Assembly: GCA_031414595.1 (NCBI GenBank) | Contig: JANNVX010000082.1 | Span: 1 to 64,000, forward strand | Direction: 5' to 3' | Source of the DNA: Deinococcales bacterium | Lineage (GTDB): Bacteria; Deinococcota; Deinococci; Deinococcales; JAAFIG01 | Length of the DNA stretch: 64,000 nucleotides | Shown here: positions 10,522 to 19,372 of the stretch, piece by piece | Layout of the letters: every line of letters starts with the position of its first letter | Numbering within the stretch: position 1 is the stretch's first letter | Program-made: the position numbers and the translations under genes | The notes under the pieces: generated by a model | What the model was told of the DNA's origin: nothing | The model's input: the letters and a program-made list of their open reading frames with translations, nothing else | Databases searched by the model: none

Positions 10522-12081
10522 TTACGACGGCAAACTCGGTTCAACAACCACAGTCTTTTGATGCGAAAAATGCACTGCCCCAGATTTTGCGCCTCTGGGT
10601 CGCCAGACATGTTTGGCAAATAAGTAATCCACTGCCACACTGGTACTTCCCCTCGCCTTAGAAAACCAAGCAGCAATACTGGCGGCTTGGAGAATATCGG
10701 CAAACGGAATTTCTTTGTTTTGAGCGCGTAAAATCACATGCGAACCCGGATAACCCTGCACATGAAACCAAATATCGGCACTTTTGGCAATTCGGTGGGT
10801 TAAAAGCTCATTTTCTTTGGAGTTGCGCCCAACCAGCACCTCGAGACCGTTTGAAGTTCGGTAACGCATTCCGACTGGCGGCGCAGATTCGGCAATTGGA
10901 CTGTGAACCTCGAGTAAACTGCGTAAACGTGTGTCAGTCGCTGTTTGTACTTCCTCGAGTAAAATCTTAAGTTGTCGTTCTTGTGTCGCCCGAATTTCTT
11001 CTCTGACCAGCAGTTTTTCCAGCACTTCATCACGGCGTTTGGCTTTGGCAAAGAGCTTATTGGCATTTTGGGCGGCACTTAACTCTGGTTCGAGGGAGAT
11101 TGTGATTGTGCCATCTGCGTACAAACTTGGCAGGGTAGCTGAATTTGCGCCACTTGGCACTTGAAAACCATACGCCAGCAACGTCTCGGCAGATTCGCGC
11201 CAAGTGACCGCAGCTAAGGCATTCTCCTCGGCTCGGTATAAATCCTGATGCTGTTTCTCGAGCAGTTTCAAGCGCTTCTCGAGTGGTTCACGAATAGATT
11301 TACGCAGTTCGGTTAGGCGCTCGAGACGGGTTCGGTCTCTGGCTTGGTCGGATAGGGATTCTTCGGAAGATAAACTCGGATTGGCAACCAAATCGCGCAG
11401 TGCCAGCACAGCATCCCCAGTCTTATCAAAGCGATGCTCGAGTTCACCCAGCAAGGTTGTGCCAAGACCATCTATTGACTTACTCCACGCAGAAATGGGT
11501 TTGCCCTCGAGCGCCGTTTTTAATTCTTCATCGCTTGCCACTCGAGGGTCAAGTTTTTCATACGGTGGCGGCGGCGTATACAAACCCCCAGAACGAATTG
11601 TTCTAAAACGATTGCGTGACTTGGTGATTTCGCGGGCAGCAATTTGAATCCGCCCCGAAAACTGGTTTTCGCCGAGTGCCTCGAGAATTAACAAATTGGC
11701 ATTCCGACCCGTTAATTCAAATAAAATCCTAGCCGCATCCGAACCAACAAAACCAGTCCCAAGACCAAACTCGAGCATCACCACTCGGTCTAGTTTAAGC
11801 TGCTGTACAGTTAATAAATCGCCCTTGACCTTATTCTCGAGCGCTCTTTGAAAAGCGTTAGAGGCATCCCCCTCGAGCTTGGCTGTACTTGTATAGAGTG
11901 TCGGACTCGGAGCTTTATACTCGAGAACCAGATTCAGGACTTTACGGTTTGAATCCTCGAGCAGTAGCGCGGCAGTGGTTTCGTTCGGAAATACCCAACC
12001 GAGGTTACGGGCTGGAAGCCGAACACGGATTTCCTCGAGTTGTGAAGCAATAAAAAGACCTTCCACAAGACTGAGAAGCAT
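10522..12081 (-). CDS. rqcH: Rqc2/RqcH (NFACT, FbpA) ribosome quality-control protein
   Basis: DRVV, ELTGRNANL, VGRNSKENE, WFHVQGYPGSHV, AAWFSKAR. Confidence 0.9.
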   Translation of the reverse strand: MLLSLVEGLFIASQLEEIRVRLPARNLGWVFPNETTAALLLEDSNRKVLNLVLEYKAPSPTLYTSTAKLEGDASNAFQRALENKVKGDLLTVQQLKLDRVVMLEFGLGTGFVGSDAARILFELTGRNANLLILEALGENQFSGRIQIAAREITKSRNRFRTIRSGGLYTPPPPYEKLDPRVASDEELKTALEGKPISAWSKSIDGLGTTLLGELEHRFDKTGDAVLALRDLVANPSLSSEESLSDQARDRTRLERLTELRKSIREPLEKRLKLLEKQHQDLYRAEENALAAVTWRESAETLLAYGFQVPSGANSATLPSLYADGTITISLEPELSAAQNANKLFAKAKRRDEVLEKLLVREEIRATQERQLKILLEEVQTATDTRLRSLLEVHSPIAESAPPVGMRYRTSNGLEVLVGRNSKENELLTHRIAKSADIWFHVQGYPGSHVILRAQNKEIPFADILQAASIAAWFSKARGSTSVAVDYLFAKHVWRPRGAKSGAVHFSHQKTVVVEPSLPS

Positions 12082-12134
12082 AACACTCTAACGTGAATTA
12101 GAAGGACTTTAAGTATATTTGGTATGGCTAAGCG

Positions 12135-12300
12135 TTATGCGCCCCACTTCGTGGCGAAATGCTGACGTACTTCTTCGGTGGTTTTACCGCGCCCAGCTTC
12201 ACTATCTGTCATTCCTCTGGCGATAGACTGACGGAATAAAACAGCGTACTGCACATCATCCCAAGTTGCATCATCGGGTAGCGTCTCGAGAATCAATTCT
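12135..12300 (-). pseudogene. Probable 5'-truncated antitoxin-like gene
   Basis: ILETLPDDATWDDVQY..IARGMTDSEAGR..TEEVR resembles small TA antitoxins; no sensible start and no adjacent toxin. Confidence 0.5.
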
Positions 12301-12659
12301 TGGCAGGGCGAACACGGGCGACGCAGGCTCAGCGATTTGACTGTGACGCAAATTTCGCCCCAAATTCTGTAAGCGGGTTCTCGAGTCGAGCTTAGAAAGC
12401 CCGCGCAAATCTGCATCTAAAACCAAGGCACTGCTACTGACGGTTTTTTGGCTGTGTTCGTGTAGCAAAACTGTGGTCTCATGACCAGAACGTGCAAAAG
12501 CAGAAGCAACCCTTGAAGCATCAAGAATAGACTCTGTGACCGCCGCGAATTGCATGGTATGACCGGCAGTATCAAATGCTAAAGTACCTTTGGGTGCTGG
12601 TGGAAAACCAGGCAAATGACCATAAAAGTGGACATCTGGGTTTAGCGTAAGCCATTAGC

Positions 12660-14180
12660 TCATTGAACTGCCCAATCGGTCACACATTTCTGCTCGAGGT
12701 CAAAAAGCACGCCAATTTTAATTACAGGCTTCTCTAAGCCATCCGCGTAATGGACTGCATTGATTTGCTGCACAGCTTGTTCGGCAGTTCCAGAGACCTT
12801 AAATTCAAAAATAATCTGATGCGTTGGAGTTGCCACGAGTGTATCCATCCGCCCCAACGAAGTCTGGACTTGGCTTTGGGTACGAAAACCCGTACTGGTC
12901 AGCATTAAGTGCATGAGTGAATGTATGTACGATTCTCTTGCAGGAAAAATCTCGTAAGGAATACTCGCCAGAACCTGATTGACTTTACTAAAAAGTATTT
13001 GCCAATCAAGATTTAAGAGTGCCTTATGCAGTGCCACACCAAATTGCGAAATTTGTGAAGCCACAAGTTGGCTGTACTCACCAATTAAACTGCTCGAGAA
13101 GGCTTGGCGGACTTCTTGGTTTGGATAGCCAAGCACATACATTTCTTGTTCAGAGGATGTTTTAGTTTGCCGAATGGTTAAATACCCTGTTTGAAACATC
13201 AAACCGATTGCATCCAAATACTCGACATCGGTAGTCGTGATGCCACTAATATCCATTTCGGTACTGTCAAACTCAAGTGGGTTCAGTTGAGCAGCCCGAA
13301 TCAGTTTAAGTAAAAAAGTTGGTGTGCCAGTTTCAAACCAAAATGACTTGAATTTCTTTTGTTCTAAAAAAATAAGAAAACTAAACGGACAATACAAACG
13401 GCTTAATCCATCCCAAGAATACCCGTTGTACCAAAAAGTAATTTTTTTCCACAAAGCTGTTATTGTCAGGTTTTGCTTTGCAGCTACCGCCTCGAGATAC
13501 TGAGGAAATACAAGTTCAATCTCTGATTTTGTGTACCCACAAAGTGTGCTGTACTTTTCGTGCAAGCTAATGTCCAATAAGTTATTCAGGTCAGAAAATA
13601 AACTAAGTTTACCGATTTTAGAAACACCAGTTAAAAACACCAAATGTAAATGGGCATCCAAGGGTTTTAAGACCCCATAAACACTTTTAAGAATCGCTTG
13701 GTGTTCGGTTCGTTTTTCTGGCTCGAGAAGAAAATCGGTAATGGGTTTATCGTACTCATCTATTAAAACCACCACTTTATTTGACTTTGAAAACTCGAGG
13801 ATAACTTCCCTGAAAGCATCTTGGGCATTATTACTTTTTAATTCGTAGCCATACTCAAGGGCGTTAATTCGCAACCAATCCACAATACCCTCATCAAGAT
13901 TTTTACTTCTAAAATTCACATTACTAAAGTCAAGCCGAACAATCGGGTGCGGCTTAAAGTCATAATGATTCTCGAGCCAAAGGTCGGTAAATAATTCTTT
14001 ACGCCCTTCAAACGCAGCTTTTAAGGTAGAAAGCAACAATGATTTACCAAAGCGTCTTGGGCGAGCAAAAAAAAATGCTCCGCCTTCGATAAAAGGCATC
14101 ATGTACATGGTTTTATCCACATACAAATAATTGTTTTCACGCAGTTTAGCGAAATCTTGAATACCAATTGGTAAACGCAT
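12660..14180 (-). CDS. AAA-ATPase-like plus PD-(D/E)XK nuclease protein
   Basis: LPIGIQDF..YVDKT, RPRRFGKS, LIDEYDKP, WYNGY, GRMD..FEFK. Confidence 0.92.
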   Translation of the reverse strand: MRLPIGIQDFAKLRENNYLYVDKTMYMMPFIEGGAFFFARPRRFGKSLLLSTLKAAFEGRKELFTDLWLENHYDFKPHPIVRLDFSNVNFRSKNLDEGIVDWLRINALEYGYELKSNNAQDAFREVILEFSKSNKVVVLIDEYDKPITDFLLEPEKRTEHQAILKSVYGVLKPLDAHLHLVFLTGVSKIGKLSLFSDLNNLLDISLHEKYSTLCGYTKSEIELVFPQYLEAVAAKQNLTITALWKKITFWYNGYSWDGLSRLYCPFSFLIFLEQKKFKSFWFETGTPTFLLKLIRAAQLNPLEFDSTEMDISGITTTDVEYLDAIGLMFQTGYLTIRQTKTSSEQEMYVLGYPNQEVRQAFSSSLIGEYSQLVASQISQFGVALHKALLNLDWQILFSKVNQVLASIPYEIFPARESYIHSLMHLMLTSTGFRTQSQVQTSLGRMDTLVATPTHQIIFEFKVSGTAEQAVQQINAVHYADGLEKPVIKIGVLFDLEQKCVTDWAVQ

Positions 14181-14209
14181 ACGTTAATTCTACTCGAGTC
14201 TGGGTTGTA

Positions 14210-15436
14210 TTACTGCCCAAGGTATTTCAAAGCTGCCTCGAGTTGCGTATCCCGCCCTTGGGTTAGTAAATCCAAATCCAGTGGCACAATTTCATCTGGG
14301 GTAACTCGAGGGGGAAGCCAAACACCATTTAAGTCTTGGTAACGGTTAGTTCCATACATCAAGAAGCCACCTTCATTGTAATACTTAAAATCAACACTGG
14401 TATCTAAACCACCAGCCGTCACTTCTCCAAAAACTCGGGCAACTCCGCTACTTTGTAGTAAATGGGCTAATTGTTCTCCTGCACTTACTGTTGTTTTTGA
14501 AGTCAACGCAGCCACTTTACCTACAAACTTACTGGTTTCTTGTAAATCCCCGTCAAATTCGCCTTTTTGATCTGCATCATCAGCATTGCGCCACGCAATA
14601 CCTAAACCGTTAAACTCGAGAATCCAGCGCACACCATCTTTTTGCACCATAATCCGACCAGGTTTATCAAAAAAAGCCGCAGCGATATTCATACTTGTAA
14701 TGCTTGTACCACCTGAGTTGTCACGCAAATCAATAATAATTGCTTTTGTTGTGGACTTAATCTGTTTAATAATATTATGAAAAAGTTGTTCTTGAAATCT
14801 CGCTGCTTCTAACAATCGTATGACTTGGATACCTGTTTGAACTGAGTAATGTACTGGAATATAGCCACGAGTGTCTGTTGCACGAATCTTAAAACGACGC
14901 TCTTGACCGTTTTTTATGACTTCAATTACTGCTTCGGAAAGACTCACTTCTTTTTCCCTAAGCCTCTGAACAATACTTTGTGGTGAAGCAGTTTGATTAT
15001 CTACTTTCACAATTTTCATACCAACTTGTATGCCCGCTTTTTCAGCAGGACTTTCAGGATACACATATGTTACAACACACTGAAGCTCATCGTATCGCAC
15101 ATAAAACCCAAAACGACTACCCGGATCGCCAAGGTCACTATTGTCTAGGTCAGTGGCATTAAATTTAAGGTGTGCATCCCCAAAAACGTTCAAGGTACTC
15201 TGCACAATTCGCTTTGCATTTTCAAAGGTACAGTCTGAAATTTTTTGACACAAACGATCTAATTTTTCTTGTCCTTGTTTTACGATAGAAGCGATGTTTT
15301 GTTCTCGAGGATTGACATAGGCTTGTGTGAGAACTTGCTCTACAAAAGAAAACAACTTTTGCCCAGGGGCATTTTCAGCCGCAAGGATAACACTTGTTAA
15401 AAACCCAAGAAAAATAATTCCACATCGCTTCCACAT
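14210..15436 (-). CDS. Secreted S41-family (tail-specific) peptidase with PDZ domain
   Basis: D-AH, SPAEKAGI PDZ, IIDLRDNSGG, TVSAGE catalytic Ser, GEVTAG; AAGGAG before ATG 15436. Confidence 0.88.
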   Translation of the reverse strand: MWKRCGIIFLGFLTSVILAAENAPGQKLFSFVEQVLTQAYVNPREQNIASIVKQGQEKLDRLCQKISDCTFENAKRIVQSTLNVFGDAHLKFNATDLDNSDLGDPGSRFGFYVRYDELQCVVTYVYPESPAEKAGIQVGMKIVKVDNQTASPQSIVQRLREKEVSLSEAVIEVIKNGQERRFKIRATDTRGYIPVHYSVQTGIQVIRLLEAARFQEQLFHNIIKQIKSTTKAIIIDLRDNSGGTSITSMNIAAAFFDKPGRIMVQKDGVRWILEFNGLGIAWRNADDADQKGEFDGDLQETSKFVGKVAALTSKTTVSAGEQLAHLLQSSGVARVFGEVTAGGLDTSVDFKYYNEGGFLMYGTNRYQDLNGVWLPPRVTPDEIVPLDLDLLTQGRDTQLEAALKYLGQ

Positions 15437-15446
15437 ATTGAACTCC

Positions 15447-15641
15447 TTAGTTAGGGCAGCTACCGTATTTAGGATCAGTAGGGCGACCGGGACCTGGCTG
15501 TAACGTAGCCCCACAAGATGTTATTGATTGTTCTGTGCCAGAAGAATTATTGGCAGATGAATTACTCGCTTGTGGAACTGGCGTATTGCCACATCCAATA
15601 CAAATCCAAGAAAGCATTACGATTAAAACCACTTTTTTCAT
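15447..15641 (-). CDS. Small lipoprotein-like peptide (64 aa) with a C-terminal Cys pair
   Basis: MKK, hydrophobic stretch, IGC lipobox-like site; ATGA overlap with the upstream gene and GGAGG RBS. Confidence 0.7.
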   Translation of the reverse strand: MKKVVLIVMLSWICIGCGNTPVPQASNSSANNSSGTEQSITSCGATLQPGPGRPTDPKYGSCPN

Positions 15642-17407
15642 ACATAACCTCCGTGCGGTTCAACAACATGCCACACATCTTTAATGTGGGCATTTCCAAA
15701 AAGCACTTTTGAAATAATTCTCTCGAGTGCATTCAAGGCAGGAATTTGGGTTGTTTGTTGCAGTTGGGGTAATAACCCAAAAGAGTGATACACTTGCCGA
15801 GCAGCTTCTTGCAATAACTCTCGATGTTTTGTTACAACATCCGCAGTTTCAAGCAAGGCAACAATTAAACGGGCAGGTGGTACAGGCTCAAACCAAAATA
15901 GGTTTTCTCCATAAGGGCGCTTCAAACAATTTGCAAATGCCTCAAGTTGCCCACCACCCATACGACTTGGAAAAATTGGAATGTTAAAACTGGTTAAGGT
16001 AAACTCGGCGGCTTGTAATGGACGCAAACCCGTCTGTCCATAAACACTAATTGGACGAGTATTTAGATTCAAAATAGTATTTTGTCCCGCAGCCACAACT
16101 ACTTCCTTGACTTGACCCAAAACGCTTAGACAAGCAAGGGCATAAGGAGTGTACAGTTGTAAAGCATCTGTAATTTGCCGTAAAACATGAACATCAACGT
16201 CATTAAGGATATTTCGCAACTCAAGACCCAAATCAAAAAACTCGGCATGTGAAACCTGAGCAGAATTCATTCGTAGAATAGCTTCTAATTTTAGAGCCAA
16301 ACCCAAGATTCGCACCCAAAGTGGATAATTTTCTAATTGGTGTATTGAAGGGAGGTTTGGCAAAACAAGACCATAGTCTCTGGCTCTCAATGAACAAAAT
16401 GCGTTCAATAATTTTTCAAAACCAGCCCGCCAAGTGTTGGAGTTATGCGAAAAATCACTTGAAGCAAGTCGTGCTTCTCGAAATACTATTTGCCGATCTT
16501 CAGAATGTAGATTCAAGCTGAATGCCGTATACAAATGTTGATATGCCATTGTTAAAGCCTGAATCCGATTTGTCAGATGCTTTGTTTGGATTTCTACTTG
16601 TGGTCTTAACAATGTAAGAAGCTGATATGCTTGAAGATGCGCTTGTAATTCTGTGCTTGCCCCCACTTGATCAGATACTAATTGTAAAGCATTGCTAAAA
16701 TCTCCTTCAAAATAAAGAGCCTGAGCAAGGTCTAAAGCAGTATAGAAACGATACGCATAATTTTTAGGGTCTTGTCTAAGTTGTTGCATCATCGTAAGAG
16801 CGGATTTTGATTGTCCTAAACAATGCAAGCACATTGCAACCAGACTTCTGGCGCTATAAATCATGGTTTCTAAACCAACTATAGGACTTAACATTGCCAT
16901 TTTACTGGCATACAAATGAGCTATTTCAAAGTCTTCTATTACTAGATATGCTTCACATAACACAAAATAAATCCGCATCTCAAGTTCAAGAGCTAAAGCA
17001 TTGCGTTTTGATAAGGCTTCTACCTGCATAAGAATATCTTTGAGTGTCGGGATAGCAGTCTGGGCTGTAATTGGTGCTTGTATATCGCTTGAAAAACCGC
17101 CACGGATGGTCAAAAAAGCGGCTTGATAACGCCCATACAACTGAATAACTTTATCTTCGGCGCACAATAATTGTCCAGCCAATTGATACGCTGTGTCAAA
17201 ATGCTCGGCTTCAACACCCAGTATTAACGTGGCACGTAGTAAGCCAATTTCTGAATTTGTGGCAATCAGGTAATCGGCTAACACTTTTCTCGAGACCCCT
17301 TCTATTTTTAGACTGGTGGTACGCCATTCTTCATAGGCTGCGGCAACACCCAAATCGGGTATCACTGGTAATGCTTGGCTAAGAACGATTGGCTGCGTGC
17401 TGCTCAT
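15638..17407 (-). CDS. TPR-like helical protein, putative regulator
   Basis: Helical TPR-like segments (LAQALYFEGDFSNALQL); divergent from the peptide gene with mirrored repeats. Confidence 0.6.
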   Translation of the reverse strand: MSSTQPIVLSQALPVIPDLGVAAAYEEWRTTSLKIEGVSRKVLADYLIATNSEIGLLRATLILGVEAEHFDTAYQLAGQLLCAEDKVIQLYGRYQAAFLTIRGGFSSDIQAPITAQTAIPTLKDILMQVEALSKRNALALELEMRIYFVLCEAYLVIEDFEIAHLYASKMAMLSPIVGLETMIYSARSLVAMCLHCLGQSKSALTMMQQLRQDPKNYAYRFYTALDLAQALYFEGDFSNALQLVSDQVGASTELQAHLQAYQLLTLLRPQVEIQTKHLTNRIQALTMAYQHLYTAFSLNLHSEDRQIVFREARLASSDFSHNSNTWRAGFEKLLNAFCSLRARDYGLVLPNLPSIHQLENYPLWVRILGLALKLEAILRMNSAQVSHAEFFDLGLELRNILNDVDVHVLRQITDALQLYTPYALACLSVLGQVKEVVVAAGQNTILNLNTRPISVYGQTGLRPLQAAEFTLTSFNIPIFPSRMGGGQLEAFANCLKRPYGENLFWFEPVPPARLIVALLETADVVTKHRELLQEAARQVYHSFGLLPQLQQTTQIPALNALERIISKVLFGNAHIKDVWHVVEPHGGYV

Positions 17408-17439
17408 AGCCAATACTTTAAGGCAGACTTGAAGATATG

Positions 17440-17461
17440 CTGCGACGGTTCTGCGACGGTT
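17440..17461 (-). promoter_or_regulatory. 11-bp tandem direct repeat (putative operator)
   Basis: CTGCGACGGTT x2; inverted copy at 17638-17659. Confidence 0.7.
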
Positions 17462-17637
17462 TGAATTGCTAAAAAGACCCTTATTGCATCAATAACAACA
17501 TCAATAATTATTTTTTATACTCGAGGCTATTTACAAGCATAGTCTCGAGTACCCGCGCCTAAGAAACCCTGATTTTCATGACCAGTACACCAAAAAAGCG
17601 TTTTATCCAAAAATCCCAAAACTCAAACCTATAAAAC

Positions 17638-17659
17638 AACTGTCGCAGAACCGTCGCGC
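17638..17659 (+). promoter_or_regulatory. 11-bp tandem direct repeat (putative operator)
   Basis: AACTGTCGCAG-AACCGTCGCGC, near reverse complement of 17440-17461. Confidence 0.7.
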
Positions 17660-17738
17660 CAATGTGGGATTATTGAAATATGGTTTTGGAGAACTCCGCT
17701 CGAGAGGAGTTGAGAAGCACAGCAAGACAGGAGTATTT

Positions 17739-18005
17739 ATGATTCGTGAATTGGAAATGCAGGAAGCGCTCGAGGTAATTGGTGGCGACCCACACGTGTA
17801 TGATGATGGATCAAGTGGCGGTGGTGGTAGCTATTCACCACCTCGACCCATAGTATGGCTCATTCCTCCAATAACATTGCCGGATGGTACAACCATTGGC
17901 GGTGTTGCACAAACTCCGCCCACAGGAACAATAGGTCCTACCACACCACCTTGCCCTATAGGTCAATCACGATGGGGAGGTATTCCATCCGCGCCATGCT
18001 ATTGA
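17739..18005 (+). CDS. Double-glycine-leader precursor peptide (bacteriocin/RiPP-like, 88 aa)
   Basis: AGGAG RBS; MIRELEMQEALEVIGG fits the ELxxxExxxIxGG leader; C39 PCAT downstream. Confidence 0.85.
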   Translation: MIRELEMQEALEVIGGDPHVYDDGSSGGGGSYSPPRPIVWLIPPITLPDGTTIGGVAQTPPTGTIGPTTPPCPIGQSRWGGIPSAPCY

Positions 18006-18131
18006 AGATGGATTTTAGGTAGGTCAGCTATTGGCAAGTTTCAAGGTATCCAGTGAAACTCACCGCGACATCTTGAAATCATCTTGCCGTCTAATCGGAT
18101 AGCAAAGTAAACAAAATGCTAAATCTATTTG

Positions 18132-18181
18132 AAGTCATCGTTGAATATGCTCCATAAATCCATAAATTCCAACGATGACTT
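18132..18181. repeat. 12-bp inverted repeat (stem-loop)
   Basis: AAGTCATCGTTG ... CAACGATGACTT between the precursor and Ere-like genes. Confidence 0.55.
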
Positions 18182-18201
18182 TTAAGAGTTGAAAGGTTGA
18201 A

Positions 18202-19317
18202 ATGAAAAATTTTATAGTTTTTATACTTTTGTTGGTCATACTGGGCTTTGGCGGATTTTCATTTTTCAATTTGATTAAAAATGAAAATGCTATTTACAAT
18301 CAAAATACTGTTAGTAATTTTGATTGTAACGGCACTAAAATTTCAGCACAAAAAATACTTATTTTGAGTGAGACCACTCATGGGAGTGAAAATATCAACG
18401 AATTAAAAAATTGCTTATTTAAGAGATTGATAATTAGTAAAAAATACGATACGTTAGTTTTTGAATACGATTATTCTGTTATGAACATAGTAGATTCTTA
18501 TATAAATAACAGAATCAATCTCAATGAAAGTGAACTACGTGGTTTCATTTATAACTCATTTTATAATTCTGTTTCTTTTTTTGATTTGATCGAGTTTTTA
18601 CGAATCTATAATCAGGAAAATTCCCATAAAATCAGGGTTTTTGGCATTGATAATACAGAATTAACTGGATTATATTTTTTAATTTCCAAAAATAGTGAAA
18701 TAAATCAAGAAACATACAATTGTATCAAATCAAACTATACTTCATTAGATTTTGTAAGTAAAAATTGCTTAAATGGATATGAATTTGATAAAATTACGCT
18801 TAACAAAAACGAATACTTACTAACTTTATTGAAAAGAGTAATAGATAATACTAATTTAGACAAAAAATATTCTAACGGTCAACGTTTTAACGAAGATAAT
18901 AGGGACTTAAATATGTTTAAGACATTTAACGACATTTATAAGAATTATCCGGAAAGAAAATTCATCTTCTCTATCCACGCTGGTCATAGTCTAAATCTTT
19001 CAAACAGATTTGGTAGTTATATGAAAAATTCGACTTATAAATTCGATAACTACATTATCAGCTTGTGTTCGGGAGAAATAACTGCATATCGTGAAATCAG
19101 TAAGGGGTTTTATACGCTATTCGTCCCAGCATTAAAGGGAAATTCAATTGAATCTGCGGTCTGCAATGGCAAAAATCCTGACCCAGAAAAAAATAACAAA
19201 TTGTTTCGATTTACCAGTATGTACTCCTCTGATGTGACTATGACAATACCTGATTATGGATTTAACGGGTTTATTGTGATTAAAAAAAGTTTACCATTGG
19301 TTTTTTCTAAAAAATAA
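18202..19317 (+). CDS. Erythromycin-esterase (EreA/TIKI-like) family protein with N-terminal anchor, AT-rich
   Basis: LSETTHGS, LVFE, VFGID, RDLNM and HAGH motifs. Confidence 0.75.
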   Translation: MKNFIVFILLLVILGFGGFSFFNLIKNENAIYNQNTVSNFDCNGTKISAQKILILSETTHGSENINELKNCLFKRLIISKKYDTLVFEYDYSVMNIVDSYINNRINLNESELRGFIYNSFYNSVSFFDLIEFLRIYNQENSHKIRVFGIDNTELTGLYFLISKNSEINQETYNCIKSNYTSLDFVSKNCLNGYEFDKITLNKNEYLLTLLKRVIDNTNLDKKYSNGQRFNEDNRDLNMFKTFNDIYKNYPERKFIFSIHAGHSLNLSNRFGSYMKNSTYKFDNYIISLCSGEITAYREISKGFYTLFVPALKGNSIESAVCNGKNPDPEKNNKLFRFTSMYSSDVTMTIPDYGFNGFIVIKKSLPLVFSKK

Positions 19318-19372
19318 ATTTGTTGTCATTTTCCGTTGTCCAAATAAATTTCTGTAGCTTTCTAAAAAAACT

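Noticed and set aside
17664-17738. N-terminal extension of the precursor in the ORF track
   Set aside because: The RBS and GG-leader consensus place the start at 17739.
18202-19317. Macrolide resistance gene
   Set aside because: Only family-level motifs; the membrane anchor and peptide-cluster context suggest another substrate.
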